DNA from: Chiloscyllium plagiosum | Taxonomy: Eukaryota | Direction of reading: 5' to 3' | Assembly (NCBI RefSeq): GCF_004010195.1 | Contig: NC_057719.1 | Location: 76,050,882-76,114,881 of the forward strand | Length of the DNA stretch: 64,000 nucleotides | Shown here: positions 12,621 to 24,064 of the stretch, in pieces | How the letters are laid out: the number at the start of each line of letters is the position of its first letter | Position numbering within the stretch: position 1 is the stretch's first letter | Notes under the pieces: model-generated | Seen by the model: only the letters and a program-made list of their open reading frames with translations | What the model was told of the DNA's origin: nothing | The model's database searches: none | Program-made: the position numbers and the translations under genes

Positions 12621-14490
12621 GAGCCTCTCCCTCCGTCGTTGTTGGCGCAAATTCCAATCATGCTGGCCTAGTGTTATCAGCTCCACCTCACACGGTCACT
12701 GTCAAACCAGGGGCCACCTTGCCGTCTGTAAGACAGTGCAATCTGTCACCGGCTACAGCCGAAGGGATTAAACCTGTTATTGACTCCCTTCTGCACAGGG
12801 CATCCTGGTCCCTACTGTGAGCCCTTGCAACACACCTGTACTCCCCATCCCCAAACCGGGCCGATGGAGGTTTGTGCAGGAGCTGAGGGCGATTGACACT
12901 ATTGTTGTTCCCTGCTCTCTAGTAGTTCTGGATGCTAATGCAATCCTTACAAGCCTTCCTGCTACCACTACCTGTTTTTCAGTTATAGACCTCTGCTCTG
13001 CCTTTTCCTCCACTAAATTGTCCCCCGAAAGTCAGTACCTTTTTGCATTTACTTCCGGCTGTCGCCAATATACAAGGACACGGCTTCCCCAAGGGTACAT
13101 GGAGAGCCCCACTGTGTATGCCTCTGCAGTGCACTGGACCCTGAAGGACCTCTGCCTGCCAGGTCACAGTACCTTGATCCAGTACGCCAATGATTTGCTT
13201 ACGGCTTCGGCCTCACTTGCGGCTTGCATGACGGACACTGTAGCACTGCTCCACTGTCTGCCTCAGGATGGACATAGAGTCTCACTGGAGAAAAAGCAGC
13301 TGTGCCCGAAGAAAGTGCAGTCCCTGCACTTACGCACGGTCTCAGAGGTTTATCTCCAGATCGCATTGCAGCCGTTGTCAAACTCTCTCCTCCTGTTTCG
13401 TGTACTGAACTGCCGTCTATCCTGGGCATGGTGAAATATCGCAGACGCTGGATCTCAGACTATCGTCTTGTTGATGCGTCTCTCCGTGAGGCTTCCTCAC
13501 CAAAGCAGCTGACCTGGGTGACATGGATGCCTGAGATGTCACGGGCCTTTGACAAACTTAGACAATGCCTGGCCTTGGTTCCTGCTCTGGCCATACCTAA
13601 CTATACGCTGCCGTTTCAGCTTTGTGCGCATGGAAAAGAGGGGTATGCGTCCAGCATTTTGACACAGGTGCATGGAGATCTCCGGCGCCCTGTATCCTTT
13701 TATTCTGTACAGTTCCCACCTGTTGTAAGGGGAATGCCGGCCTGTTTGCGTGCTGTGGTGGCTGCCACTGTAATGGTATATAAGTCCACCCCTACTGTGA
13801 TGGATTATCCGTGCACTGTTCTTGTGCCTCATTCGGTCTCCCTGCTGCTAAATTCAGCAGCAACCCAACATTTTACAGCATCACGGAGAACTGGCTACGA
13901 GGTTCTTACTATCCCATACCAACCTTACACTGCACCCACACTGAACCCGGCCACCCTTCTCCCAACCTCCCATGACCCACCTGAGGCGGACCGTGACTGC
14001 TTGAATGTAGTCCAAGTGGTTGTCATCTCCCCCGCCCTGATCTCTCTGAGACTCCATTAGACAACCCAGACATGATTCTCTTTACTGATGGTCCCTCTTT
14101 TCGGCCCTCGGCCCATCAAATGTTGGCCGGATATGCGATCTGCACACCTTTCGGTACCCTCGAATCGGCTGCATTGCCGGAAGGGACTCCTGCACAAGCA
14201 GCTGAATTGTTTGCCCTCACCAGGGCCAGTATTCTAGCTGACAGAAAGTCTGTTAATATTTACACTGACTCCAGATATGCTTTTAGAGTGGTCCATGATT
14301 TTGGAGCCCTATGGAAACATAGGGGATTTATTACTTCCTCTGGGCGACCCCTGCAACATGCCCTACTCATTAACAACCTTCTGCAGGCTATAATGCTTCC
14401 CTCTGCTGTGGTTGTGATTAAGTGTGCAGCCCATACTACTACAGATGATCCAATATCCCGAGGGAATGCGCGGGCTGACCAAGCTGCCAA
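12620..14490 (+). pseudogene. pol: ERV reverse transcriptase, connection domain and RNase H
   Basis: SPCNTPVLPIPKPGRWRFVQELR, VIDLCSAF, RLPQGYMESP and QYANDLL (YxDD decayed, 13183-13194). RNase H: LFTDG, AQAAELFAL, NIYTDSRYAF, RGNARADQAAK. Confidence 0.95.
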
Positions 14491-15650
14491 GCCCCGCGAG
14501 GACGTTGAGCAATTCATCAACTTCACCAACACATTCCACCCTGACCTTAAATTTACCTNNNNNNNNNNNNNNNNNNNNNNNNNNNNNNNNNNNNNNNNNN
14601 NNNNNNNNNNNNNNNNNNNNNNNNNNNNNNNNNNNNNNNNNNNNNNNNNNNNNNNNNNNNNNNNNNNNNNNNNNNNNNNNNNNNNNNNNNNNNNNNNNNN
14701 NNNNNNNNNNNNNNNNNNNNNNNNNNNNNNNNNNNNNNNNNNNNNNNNNNNNNNNNNNNNNNNNNNNNNNNNNNNNNNNNNNNNNNNNNNNNNNNNNNNN
14801 NNNNNNNNNNNNNNNNNNNNNNNNNNNNNNNNNNNNNNNNNNNNNNNNNNNNNNNNNNNNNNNNNNNNNNNNNNNNNNNNNNNNNNNNNNNNNNNNNNNN
14901 NNNNNNNNNNNNNNNNNNNNNNNNNNNNNNNNNNNNNNNNNNNNNNNNNNNNNNNNNNNNNNNNNNNNNNNNNNNNNNNNNNNNNNNNNNNNNNNNNNNN
15001 NNNNNNNNNNNNNNNNNNNNNNNNNNNNNNNNNNNNNNNNNNNNNNNNNNNNNNNNNNNNNNNNNNNNNNNNNNNNNNNNNNNNNNNNNNNNNNNNNNNN
15101 NNNNNNNNNNNNNNNNNNNNNNNNNNNNNNNNNNNNNNNNNNNNNNNNNNNNNNNNNNNNNNNNNNNNNNNNNNNNNNNNNNNNNNNNNNNNNNNNNNNN
15201 NNNNNNNNNNNNNNNNNNNNNNNNNNNNNNNNNNNNNNNNNNNNNNNNNNNNNNNNNNNNNNNNNNNNNNNNNNNNNNNNNNNNNNNNNNNNNNNNNNNN
15301 NNNNNNNNNNNNNNNNNNNNNNNNNNNNNNNNNNNNNNNNNNNNNNNNNNNNNNNNNNNNNNNNNNNNNNNNNNNNNNNNNNNNNNNNNNNNNNNNNNNN
15401 NNNNNNNNNNNNNNNNNNNNNNNNNNNNNNNNNNNNNNNNNNNNNNNNNNNNNNNNNNNNNNNNNNNNNNNNNNNNNNNNNNNNNNNNNNNNNNNNNNNN
15501 NNNNNNNNNNNNNNNNNNNNNNNNNNNNNNNNNNNNNNNNNNNNNNNNNNNNNNNNNNTTCCTGATGAAGGGCTTTTGCCCGAAACGTGGATTTTGCTGC
15601 TCGTCGGATGCTGCCTGAATTGCTGTGCTCTTCCAGCACCACTGATCCAG
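14491..15650 (+). mobile_element. 5'-truncated Penelope-like element inserted at the end of RNase H; the interior is an N-gap
   Basis: Begins with PLE-RT-like EDVEQFINFTNTFHPDLKFT and ends with a hammerhead-bearing terminal repeat. Exact 10-bp duplication aagctgccaa at 14481-14490 and 15651-15660. Confidence 0.9.
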
Positions 15651-16908
15651 AAGCTGCCAAACGAGCAGCTTTAACCCACACTGTATATGTTTCACAAGCT
15701 CTCAAGATGGGCAAGTCAAAAGACGCTTTAGACCTAGCGGCAGATGGGATAGTGGCCGTTCAGCGGCACGCCCATTGGGCTAAGAAAGATAGATGGGCAT
15801 GTATAGGTGCTAAGGACTCAGGCAGCTTAGGACCAGTACAACACCCGGATGGTAGAATCATCTGCCCCCGATCACACCTGCATGTTTTGGCACTGGCTGC
15901 CCATGGAGTTGGTCACACAGGAAGACGGGGAATGATCCATGCAGTAAGACAAAGCTGGTATGCTCCCGGCTTCGCTGCTGCAGCACAAGCGCTAGTTTCC
16001 CGCTGCATGATCTGCCTACAGAATAATAATGCTAAACCACTGGCCTGTCCCCAATGGATCCCTTCATCATTTGCAGATTGATTTTGCCCATATGCCCCAC
16101 CAAACAGGGTTTTAAATACCTGCTGGTCATAGTGGATATGTTTTCCAAATGGGTGGAAGCTTTCCCCAGAACAGTGGTTAAGTGTCTCATGAAGAATGTG
16201 ATTCCTTGGTTTGGTGTCCCGAATGGTGTTAACAGTGACAGATGGACGCATTTTACTGCTGAGGTTACAAAAGGAGTTAGTAAAATTATTACTTGGAAAC
16301 ACCACATTCCGTATCAGCCCCAGTCCTCGGGGATGGTGGAACGGATGAATGGCATCCTTAAAATTACTTTAACCAAGGTCACCCAGGATACAGTTCTGCC
16401 CTGGCCAGAGGCATTGCCACTAGCCCTGTATACTCTCTGGGGCCAAATTAATCGAACTATGGGACTAACTCCCTTTGAGGTACTCATGGGCCACCCGATG
16501 CCCACGGGGCTCCGACCCCCCAAACTTCCCGCAGATATGGCACTGCTTCTGACTCATGAGTCCCTTCTGGACTATGCCAAGTCATCGTGCCAGGTCATCA
16601 CCCACAACCATGTGTTGGCCAAGGAGGTCCTTCCTGCACTGGGTAATGGCTCCATGCATCCGTTCCACCCAGGGGAAAATGTGATGATAAAATCCATTGA
16701 AAAGAATTCTCTTTCTCTGAGGTGGAAAGGCCCATACCTTGTCCTCCTGGTGACCTGAACGGCTGTCAAGGTTGAAGGAGTACCTGAGTGGGCACACACC
16801 ACCCATTGCAAAAGGGCGCCTTCGCCCGAACAACCTGACCAGAAAACCCCTGAACAACAGACACCGGAAGTACCAGCATGCCCGCCGGCTGTGCCATCTG
16901 GGGAGTGA
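15651..16908 (+). pseudogene. pol: ERV integrase (HHCC, DDE core, GPY/F motif)
   Basis: AHGVGHTG...CMIC, LVIVDMFSKWVEAFP, NSDRWTHF, PQSSGMVERMN and RWKGPYLVLL. A premature TGA lies at 16756; the same frame runs on to a TGA at 16906. Confidence 0.93.
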
Positions 16909-18625
16909 CTACCTGCCTCTTCTCTGTGGTAAAAACAATGACTGCAGATGCTGGAAACCAGATTCCGGATTAATGGTGCTGGAAGAGCACAGTAGTTCAG
17001 GCAGCATCCGAAATAATCTCTCCACCCTTCAGGCTCTCTACCTGTATTCCTGATTAAGGGCTTTTGCCCGAAACGTCGATTTTCCTGCTCCTCGGATGCT
17101 GCCTGAACTGCTGTGCTCTTCCAGCACCACTAATCCAGAATGCCTCTTCTCTGCGTCCCTCCTAGCTCTATACCCCCTGGTGGGGTTTGAATGGGATCAA
17201 AGGAACAGAGCACTGCATTTTATCATTCGCGATTTACATACTAACACCTTCCTGCACATGACTTATACCTATGCGAAAGAGATTAACCGTTCCCGCTGCT
17301 GGGTATGTGCTCACATTCCCATTCATTCTCAAGGGGGAATCCCCCTCCGACCTATCCCATTCAACGAATCTGACACCGCTGAATGGTGGTCGGAATGGAA
17401 TCAGTCCTCTGAGGTGGCCATGATGCGGCTTCCCAGTGGGTTCGAGAGATTGGGCCTTGCCCAGACAGATAATAGTTGTCCTCACTGGAAATCAGTGGGT
17501 TATACCTTGGACAAGTACAAAGGCTGGTTCCAGCCCCATTACAACCTCTCGCGTACACCCCCTGCCCTGGCCCTCATGAATACCATGGGGCTAGGTACAC
17601 CCCTGGAAACTATTTGTTTTAAGAGCGACTCCTAAAACAAATAGGGTTGCCGGATACAGCAGTTGCAACTATTTCCTGCTCTTTTAAGAGGCAGTATACT
17701 CAACCTTAAGACCCCCAATAAGACTTCGGGTAACATCATTTTTAGGACCTTTTGGACTGGCACCCAGATGGACTGTCTAGGTACCTATAATGGCACCTAT
17801 TTCATTTGTGGCCATAAGGCCTACCCTTGGCTACCAGTCTCCTGGATTGGTAGCTGCTATGTTGGGTATGTAGTCCCCTTCATCTACCATTTCTATTCAT
17901 CCCCATTCGAGCAGCTCAGGACTTGCTCCAAAAGAGCTTTATCCGCATTTGAGCAGTTTCTAGCTGTATCCACCCCTTTCTACGGGACCGCCCGGCTGAC
18001 CATCCAAGCCAGGCACCTGGCATCCCTCCTGGGGGCCAATGACACAGCCTTAGCCTTTAAAGAGATGAATGTGGAGATGGTTGTCCTTTGCACGGTTGCA
18101 TTCCAGAATCAGATGGCATTAGACTACCTTTTGGCTGAGAAGGGGGGCACATGTGCCCTCATTGGCTCTGCCTGTTGCACCTATATCCCTGATGCCAGTG
18201 AAAATATCACCAATCCTGCTGACCACATTCGAGAGGCGGCCACTAGGCTTCATACTGCCAACTCACATTGGGATCTTTGGACCTGGATGGGCAGGTGGTT
18301 TGGGTCTTTGGGGTTTGCCATTGTTCAGGGTTTCACAGTGCAGGTTATTGCCCTAGTGGTCATCACTCTCCTGATTGTTTTTCTCAAACAGTGCTGTGCA
18401 CGCTGCAGCTCATTATTTCCACCCTCTACCCTGCCTACAGCCCAATTAGTTAAGGTTACCTTCCCGATGAGCCCTCAAGTCACCACTAAGCCTCTCAGCC
18501 CTAGGCCCTCAAGTCCTGGATTTGAGGAGGTTATCAACTCAGAGTCCGAGGGTTACCCATCTGACACAGAACCTCCCCCTCCGGACAACCCCCTCAGGTT
18601 CGGGATACATTCTCCCTTTTGTTAA
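16878..18625 (+). pseudogene. env: ERV envelope (gamma-type SU/TM)
   Basis: A signal peptide is restored after removing the PLE insert. CWVC at 17297-17308, decayed furin site CSKR at 17924-17935, ISD-like FQNQMALDYLLAEKGG, CX6CC at 18152-18178 and a hydrophobic TM anchor. Stops or frameshifts occur near 17633-17700. Confidence 0.93.
16927..17140. mobile_element. Short PLE-derived insert made of two inverted terminal-repeat pieces, in the env signal peptide
   Basis: Inverted arms tggtgctggaagagcacag...caggcagcatccga / tcggatgctgcctg...ctgtgctcttccagcacca. 13-bp duplication tgcctcttctctg at 16914-16926 and 17141-17153. Confidence 0.9.
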
Positions 18626-18651
18626 AGCCCTGGACCTGCTTTTCTGATTAT

Positions 18652-18669
18652 GAAAAGAAAAAGGAGGGA
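18652..18669 (+). promoter_or_regulatory. Polypurine tract
   Basis: gaaaagaaaaaggaggga immediately upstream of the 3' LTR. Confidence 0.9.
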
Positions 18670-18670
18670 T

Positions 18671-19261
18671 TTTTAAGGAAAAGTTAACATGGTTTGCCTG
18701 GAAGCCATTTTCCTAATCCAGCTGAGAAACCATCTTGTATTCCCAGAACTTTGCTGGCTGCGCATTCCTTACTATGAGGTAATGTGAAAGGTAGGCCTTA
18801 TCTTCCTGAGGTGTCAAGATATTGTCACCTCCCTTTGCTGAATGATCAGTGCAGGCTGTAGAACCAGTCAAGCTGACATAGACTTGTCAATTAGTCCCAC
18901 TTCCTTCACGAGTTATTGCCACTTCACGTCATTCAGCTCATTAGGGACATCTCTGCTTAGTGTTGGCAATCTGTGTAACTAGAACAAATGGTGATACCAC
19001 TTGTTCTGTCCACTTGTGGAATGCATAATAGTGCTTTAATTTTACCTTAATAACTAACCTCTAATTTAGTACCAACTTGTAAGCATACCAAACTGTGAAA
19101 TTAATGATCAGCTCCTACCTGCTTTCTCTATATAATCCTGTAGTATTCTATGTACTTCATAGTAACACCGAGCCACAGTTAGGACGGTGAATTCCCCATG
19201 ATATATCGTGTAATAAACTAATCAGTTCTCAAGATCTGAGTCTCGAGAGTTTTCTTCAACA
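18671..19261 (+). repeat. ERV 3' LTR (591 bp)
   Basis: Direct repeat of the 5' LTR. Its start has decayed to ttttaa, it ends in CAACA, and AATAAA lies at 19212-19217. Confidence 0.97.
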
Positions 19262-20550
19262 TCCTGATATTACTACTCTCCAGGACCTCCTTTTTAAACT
19301 TTTGCCTAACTTCCTGTAATCTCCCTTCAGAATCTCAATCTTTTCCCTTCCTATGTTGTTGGTTCCAATGTAGACAATGACCTCTTGCTGGGCCCTCTCC
19401 CCTGTGAAAACATTCTGCACCCTCTCTGAGACATCCTTGATCCTGGCACCAGGGAAGCAACACACCATCCTGCTTTTTCGCTGCTGGCCACAGAAACATT
19501 TGTCTGTAACTTGGACTAGAGAATGCCCGAACACAACTGATCTCTTGGAAGCCGACATACCCCTCGTTGCATTAAAGCCAGTCTCAACACCAGAAACTTG
19601 GCTGTTCATGCTACGTTCCCCTGAGAATCCATCACTCCTTACATTTTCCAAAACAGCATACCTGTTTGAAATGGGTATAACCACAGAAGACTCCTGCACT
19701 AGCTGCCTGGAGTTAATCCATCTATGTGACTGTGTCTGAGAAATTCCCCTCTTCCTAAAGCTGCCATCCATCACATACTGTTGCTGTTGCAAATTCCTCA
19801 TTGCTTCTAACTTTCTCTCCGACCGATCCATTTGATCTGATAAGAATCGCAGCCAACAGTATTTATGGCAGATATAATCCGCAGTAACCCTTAAATGCTC
19901 TTTAAACTTCCACATCTGACAAGAAGTATATATCACTCTAGAAAAGGCCATCATTGCTCCTTCACAATCTACAGACCCAAAAATTAACACCGTCTTATTC
20001 ATCTTCAAACACTGCCCCAGGTTAAGTTAACAGTTTTGGCTTATATTTTAAGTTTAATCAAGAAACATATCTCCAAAAACATATAATCAAGAAAGAACCC
20101 TCCCTATTCACTACTGCAGATTCTCTGTAGGCCACACTTAAAACAACAATTAACTTATCTGATTCTGTGCTGTGAACTTCGCCCAACAGTTCCTCCAAGA
20201 TCTGTTGTGAATTTCACTGCTTGTTAATTTTCCCAGATGCACTCCGATGTCCAACGATACATGAATTCAAACAGCAAAGGCAGTAACTGCAGGTTCTCTC
20301 TCTCTCTCTCTCCTGCAATGACCTCACCATGTGCTTCCTTTGTCTGTTCTTCTCCCTTTTAAAACTGTTGTTGTTTTGACTTTTTTTTTCCAAAGTCCCA
20401 AACCAATGCAACAGCATATAAAACAGTGATTGCTGCTCCCGGAATTTGAGGAAATCACCTCCAGCACCTAAAATACCTCAAAAAAGGAGCAGCTGTTACA
20501 GCCAGAAGTTTTTGCTGTCCTCCATCTTGGATTACCCAGAAAGTTACTCA
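19262..20550 (-). mobile_element. CR1 LINE, 5' part (5' UTR and ORF1 with zinc-finger relic and SGNH/GDSL esterase); the same element as 6464-8917
   Basis: ORF 19256-20008: TSCQMW...CHKYC, VVFGHSLV (GDS block), CFPGARIKDV, IVYIGTNNIG (GxND block). The sequence continues across the ERV insertion point, and the putative 5' end contains caagatggagg. Confidence 0.88.
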
Positions 20551-22399
20551 GATTCTCCAAAGCACTATTATCTCCTGTACTAATATGTTGAATTTATCCC
20601 CTTCACAGCTCTCCCTGCTCTGTATCCCAGCATGTTGACTCCAATCCCCATAAATGACTTCCCTAATTTCCCGATTACAGCATTGTCTCCCTTATTAAGT
20701 TGACCCTGCAAGATGATTGTGGTCCAGTTCCCTAACTGATTTTGATGGACAGTCAGACTGATTTCTGTGCAGCTCCCTGACTAACCTACTATAAAATCCC
20801 CAAACTGGTCAAACAGGACCTGCAAGTCTGTCTGAAGCCCACTCCATGTATGATATGGAACCCTTAATCCTGACTGCCCAAATATCTGCTAACTGTGTAC
20901 AAGACCCTGAAATAATAACAGACACTTGACTGACTGCTCTGTACTTCTTGGCTGAAGGCTGCCTCCTTTGATTTGACTGAGAGCAACATCGCTTAAACTT
21001 TGAGACCTAGCCATTTGGATGAAGCATATGCAGTAAGTCTCATCATAAGAGACTTATAAGAGTGTTTATAAAGTAGAGCTACTGTGAGCCTTTATATTCT
21101 GAATGAGATAGCAAGAGATTGATTACATTTAAGTAACTAAATAAATTACATATGAGGAGTAGAGAGATCTGGGTGTCCTAGTGCATGAATTGCAGATGTG
21201 TAGCATTCACATTTAACAAGTTATACGCAGTGTGTTTGCTGCTAACACTGCTGGCACATGGTGTAGGTGGGAGATTGAAATAACATGGTACCAAACAGCA
21301 ACATGTTCATCTGCATTGATGGATGACTGCTGACAACCACAACAAACTTTGTGTCTGCGCTAAAAGCAAGAGATAAACACTCCCCCAGGTTGCAAACAGA
21401 TTCTGATCTTCAGCCTGTTCACAAGTCAAATTGCACGTAAGTTGGAACCAATGCAGGACCAATATAAAATAGCTATTTGTAAGTACAGGAAATGTTAATA
21501 TATTGGATCTTTAAAATTACATCCTTCCATGGGATCATGCTGGTAAAGTTTGAGTGTTTATAAAGTAGAGCTACTGTGAGCCTTTATATTCTGAATGAGA
21601 AAAAGACAAGGCAAGGTGAGACTGTGAGCATCCAAGTGAGCACAAAGTGAATGCTAAGAGACAGTGCAGGGTCCACAGCTGTGTCTTGGTGTAACCCATG
21701 AAACTGGTGCTTGTCTGTTTTCGAAATGTCCTGTTGCAGCAGCATTACAGTGAAAGGTATGGTCCAAAGTGCAGCAGTGAAATGAAGATCTGTATCATAA
21801 GCGGGCCGGACATTTGCCAAGAGGATGCAAAGGGACTGGTACATGTCCAATGCCAACCTCTAAGGATGGGAGGGCTTGAGTGGTCACCAACTTGTGGACT
21901 GTGCCCTCAGGTGTTGGTGACTCCTTGCCAAGGTGGAGGTCCAGAGGCGCAAGTGTCAAGTTGGAGACACCAGGATTACCTGCTCTGACCTTCACATTGG
22001 GGATCATCGCTGTCTAATTTCTATCCATGGGAGAATAGCAAATTGCATATCGGTGAGGCACGGTTAGGTACTAAAGACATGCTAATGCATGCACTGCTCA
22101 GCGAGATTCTCTTCCCACTGTTCAAAGCGTGGTTGCAGAATGGGTCATTATTTTCTCGACATCGAGAATCTCGCCGTGGATGATCTTACCATATTTTTCC
22201 ACCTGACTTGTCATTTCCCTTGTCACTTAGGGGCTGCTGAAAATTCCATCCGAAATGCTTGAGTGAGGTGTAGATCGATGAGTTGAGTGCACCATATAGA
22301 AATAGTGAATGACCTGGCTGGTTTAATTTATTTCATTGATAAAAATGCTTTTGCAATTAATGCTAAAGTTCATTTTTTGAGCATCTATCATAATGTGAG

Positions 22400-22697
22400 A
22401 GGCACGGTGGCCCAGTGATTAGCACTGTTGCCTCATCATGCCAGGGACCCGGGTTCAATTGTCCCGTCGGGTGACAGTCTGTGTCGAGTTTGCATATGCT
22501 CCCTTTGTCCTTGTGGGTTTTCTTTGGGTGCTCTGGTTTCCTCCCACTGTCCAAAGATATTCAGGTTAGGTGGATTGACCATGGGAAATGCAGGGTTACA
22601 GGGATGGGGTGGGTCTGGGAGGGATACTCTTTGGAGTGTCAGTGGGATTCGATGGGCTGAATGGCTTGCTTCCACACTGTAGGCATTCTATGATTTG
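22400..22697 (+). mobile_element. HE1-like tRNA-derived V-SINE
   Basis: A-box/B-box head (ggcacggtggcccagtg...gggttcaatt), V-domain (gtttgca...ggtttcctcccac..tccaaaga) and a CR1-like tail. Confidence 0.85.
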
Positions 22698-23230
22698 GAG
22701 CTTTGATGACGTTAATCAGTGAGTCGGGTCCACGTGCATAAAGGAATAACTGGAAGGTTTCTGCTGCTATGTTAAACTTTTCATAAAATAAATTTTTATG
22801 CTCCTGGATTTTCTCAATAAATGTTTTGTTGGAAATTCAAGTGGAATGTGTGATGCATGTTCACTTCCATGAAACAATTTGAAACTAAATCATACAGAGC
22901 AGAGTATTTAACTCTGAATATGTGTCAGGTTGTTTCATTTTCTGATGATGGGGCAGGACAAGTTTTGAAAATGTGCTGTGTACAACAATTGAGCTAAGTG
23001 TAAGGCTGAGATGAGTGTCCCTTGGGGAATAAAATTCCTGTTAATGTAAATACAATCAGGAGCAGTTTGCTTTTAGATTCTGAGCTCAACACTTACTAGC
23101 AAACAGGTTTGGAAACTGAAGTTATATAAATGGCAATTAAATATATCGAGAAGCAAAATGAAAGTCTTACGTTTATATAGTATTTTTCAGGACCATGTTT
23201 CAAAACAATTTACAGCCAATAATAAGTTTG

Positions 23231-24055
23231 TGTTACAACACGGGGTAAACTCTCCTGCTTAATTTAAACCAACAACACAGAAAAGATTTATCCCATGCAG
23301 TAATCTGTAAAAATTTAAGAGTATTTAAAGTAAAAATTAATAACTTTGTTTCTTAAAGTATAAAGAGAATGATTAACAACAACTATTTACCATTTCTTCC
23401 TCTAACTTATCTCTTACCTTCCCTTCTATAATACTTGTCCGATAAAACTCCCAATTAAGATTTACAAAACAAAACTTCTTATCTCAAAACCAGGCAACTT
23501 TCGGTTCTTCTCTATATTGCCTCGGAGGGGGGTGTGTGCGGGAAATTTAACCTGACAAACTTGTCCGATAAAACTCCCAATTAAGATTTACAAAACAAAA
23601 CTTCTTATCTCAAAACCAGGCAACTTTCGGTTCTTCTCTATATTCCTGTTGTCTTTTCTTCTTCTTGGAGATTCTGCTTCAAGGTTACTGATTGATAAAG
23701 GTATCTTTAAGAGAGCTATTCTCTGGGCAGTTTGCAGATGTCATTGGCTTGGCAGTTCTCCTCCCAACTGTTCAATTTTCTCTGGTCTTATACCCCCAAA
23801 GCATCAAATTGTTTCATTGGCTTTTAAGATAGTCAATATACTAAATTCAAATTTGATTGGAGTTTGGTTTTTGGGGGGTATAATTTAAACTGATTGGCCT
23901 AATTTAAATCTGTTTTTGTCTCCAAGCAACCAGCTACCATAGCTACCCCAGTAGCTGGAGCACATGTTACATTGTATCTTATTGAGAACACTTGGTGCTG
24001 TCACTGCTAGCTTTTAACCCTCTTAAAGGAACAGTACACCCACATCTTCATAACA
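23231..24055 (-). mobile_element. Solo LTR (825 bp)
   Basis: TGTTA...TAACA termini with a 4-bp duplication tttg (23227-23230 / 24056-24059). CCAAT and TATAA-like motifs read on the minus strand. Confidence 0.75.
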
Positions 24056-24064
24056 TTTGTCAAA

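Larger units (their letters stand above)
8918..19261 (+). mobile_element. Complete, decayed endogenous retrovirus (class I, epsilon-like): LTR-gag-pro-pol-env-LTR
   Basis: Paired LTRs, PBS, PPT and all retroviral protein motifs occur in the canonical order. Flanking 5-bp near-duplication: tccag (8913-8917) / tcctg (19262-19266). Confidence 0.97.

Noticed and set aside
14072..15714. Apparent 380-497 aa ORFs and an RNase H-PLE RT 'fusion'
   Set aside because: The length comes from Ns. The in-frame junction results from a TSD-flanked insertion into a dead provirus.
17663..18625. Domesticated (syncytin-like) env
   Set aside because: The signal peptide is interrupted, stops lie at 17633 and 17642, and the furin site is mutated. 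The open 320-aa stretch is compatible with the young age of the provirus.
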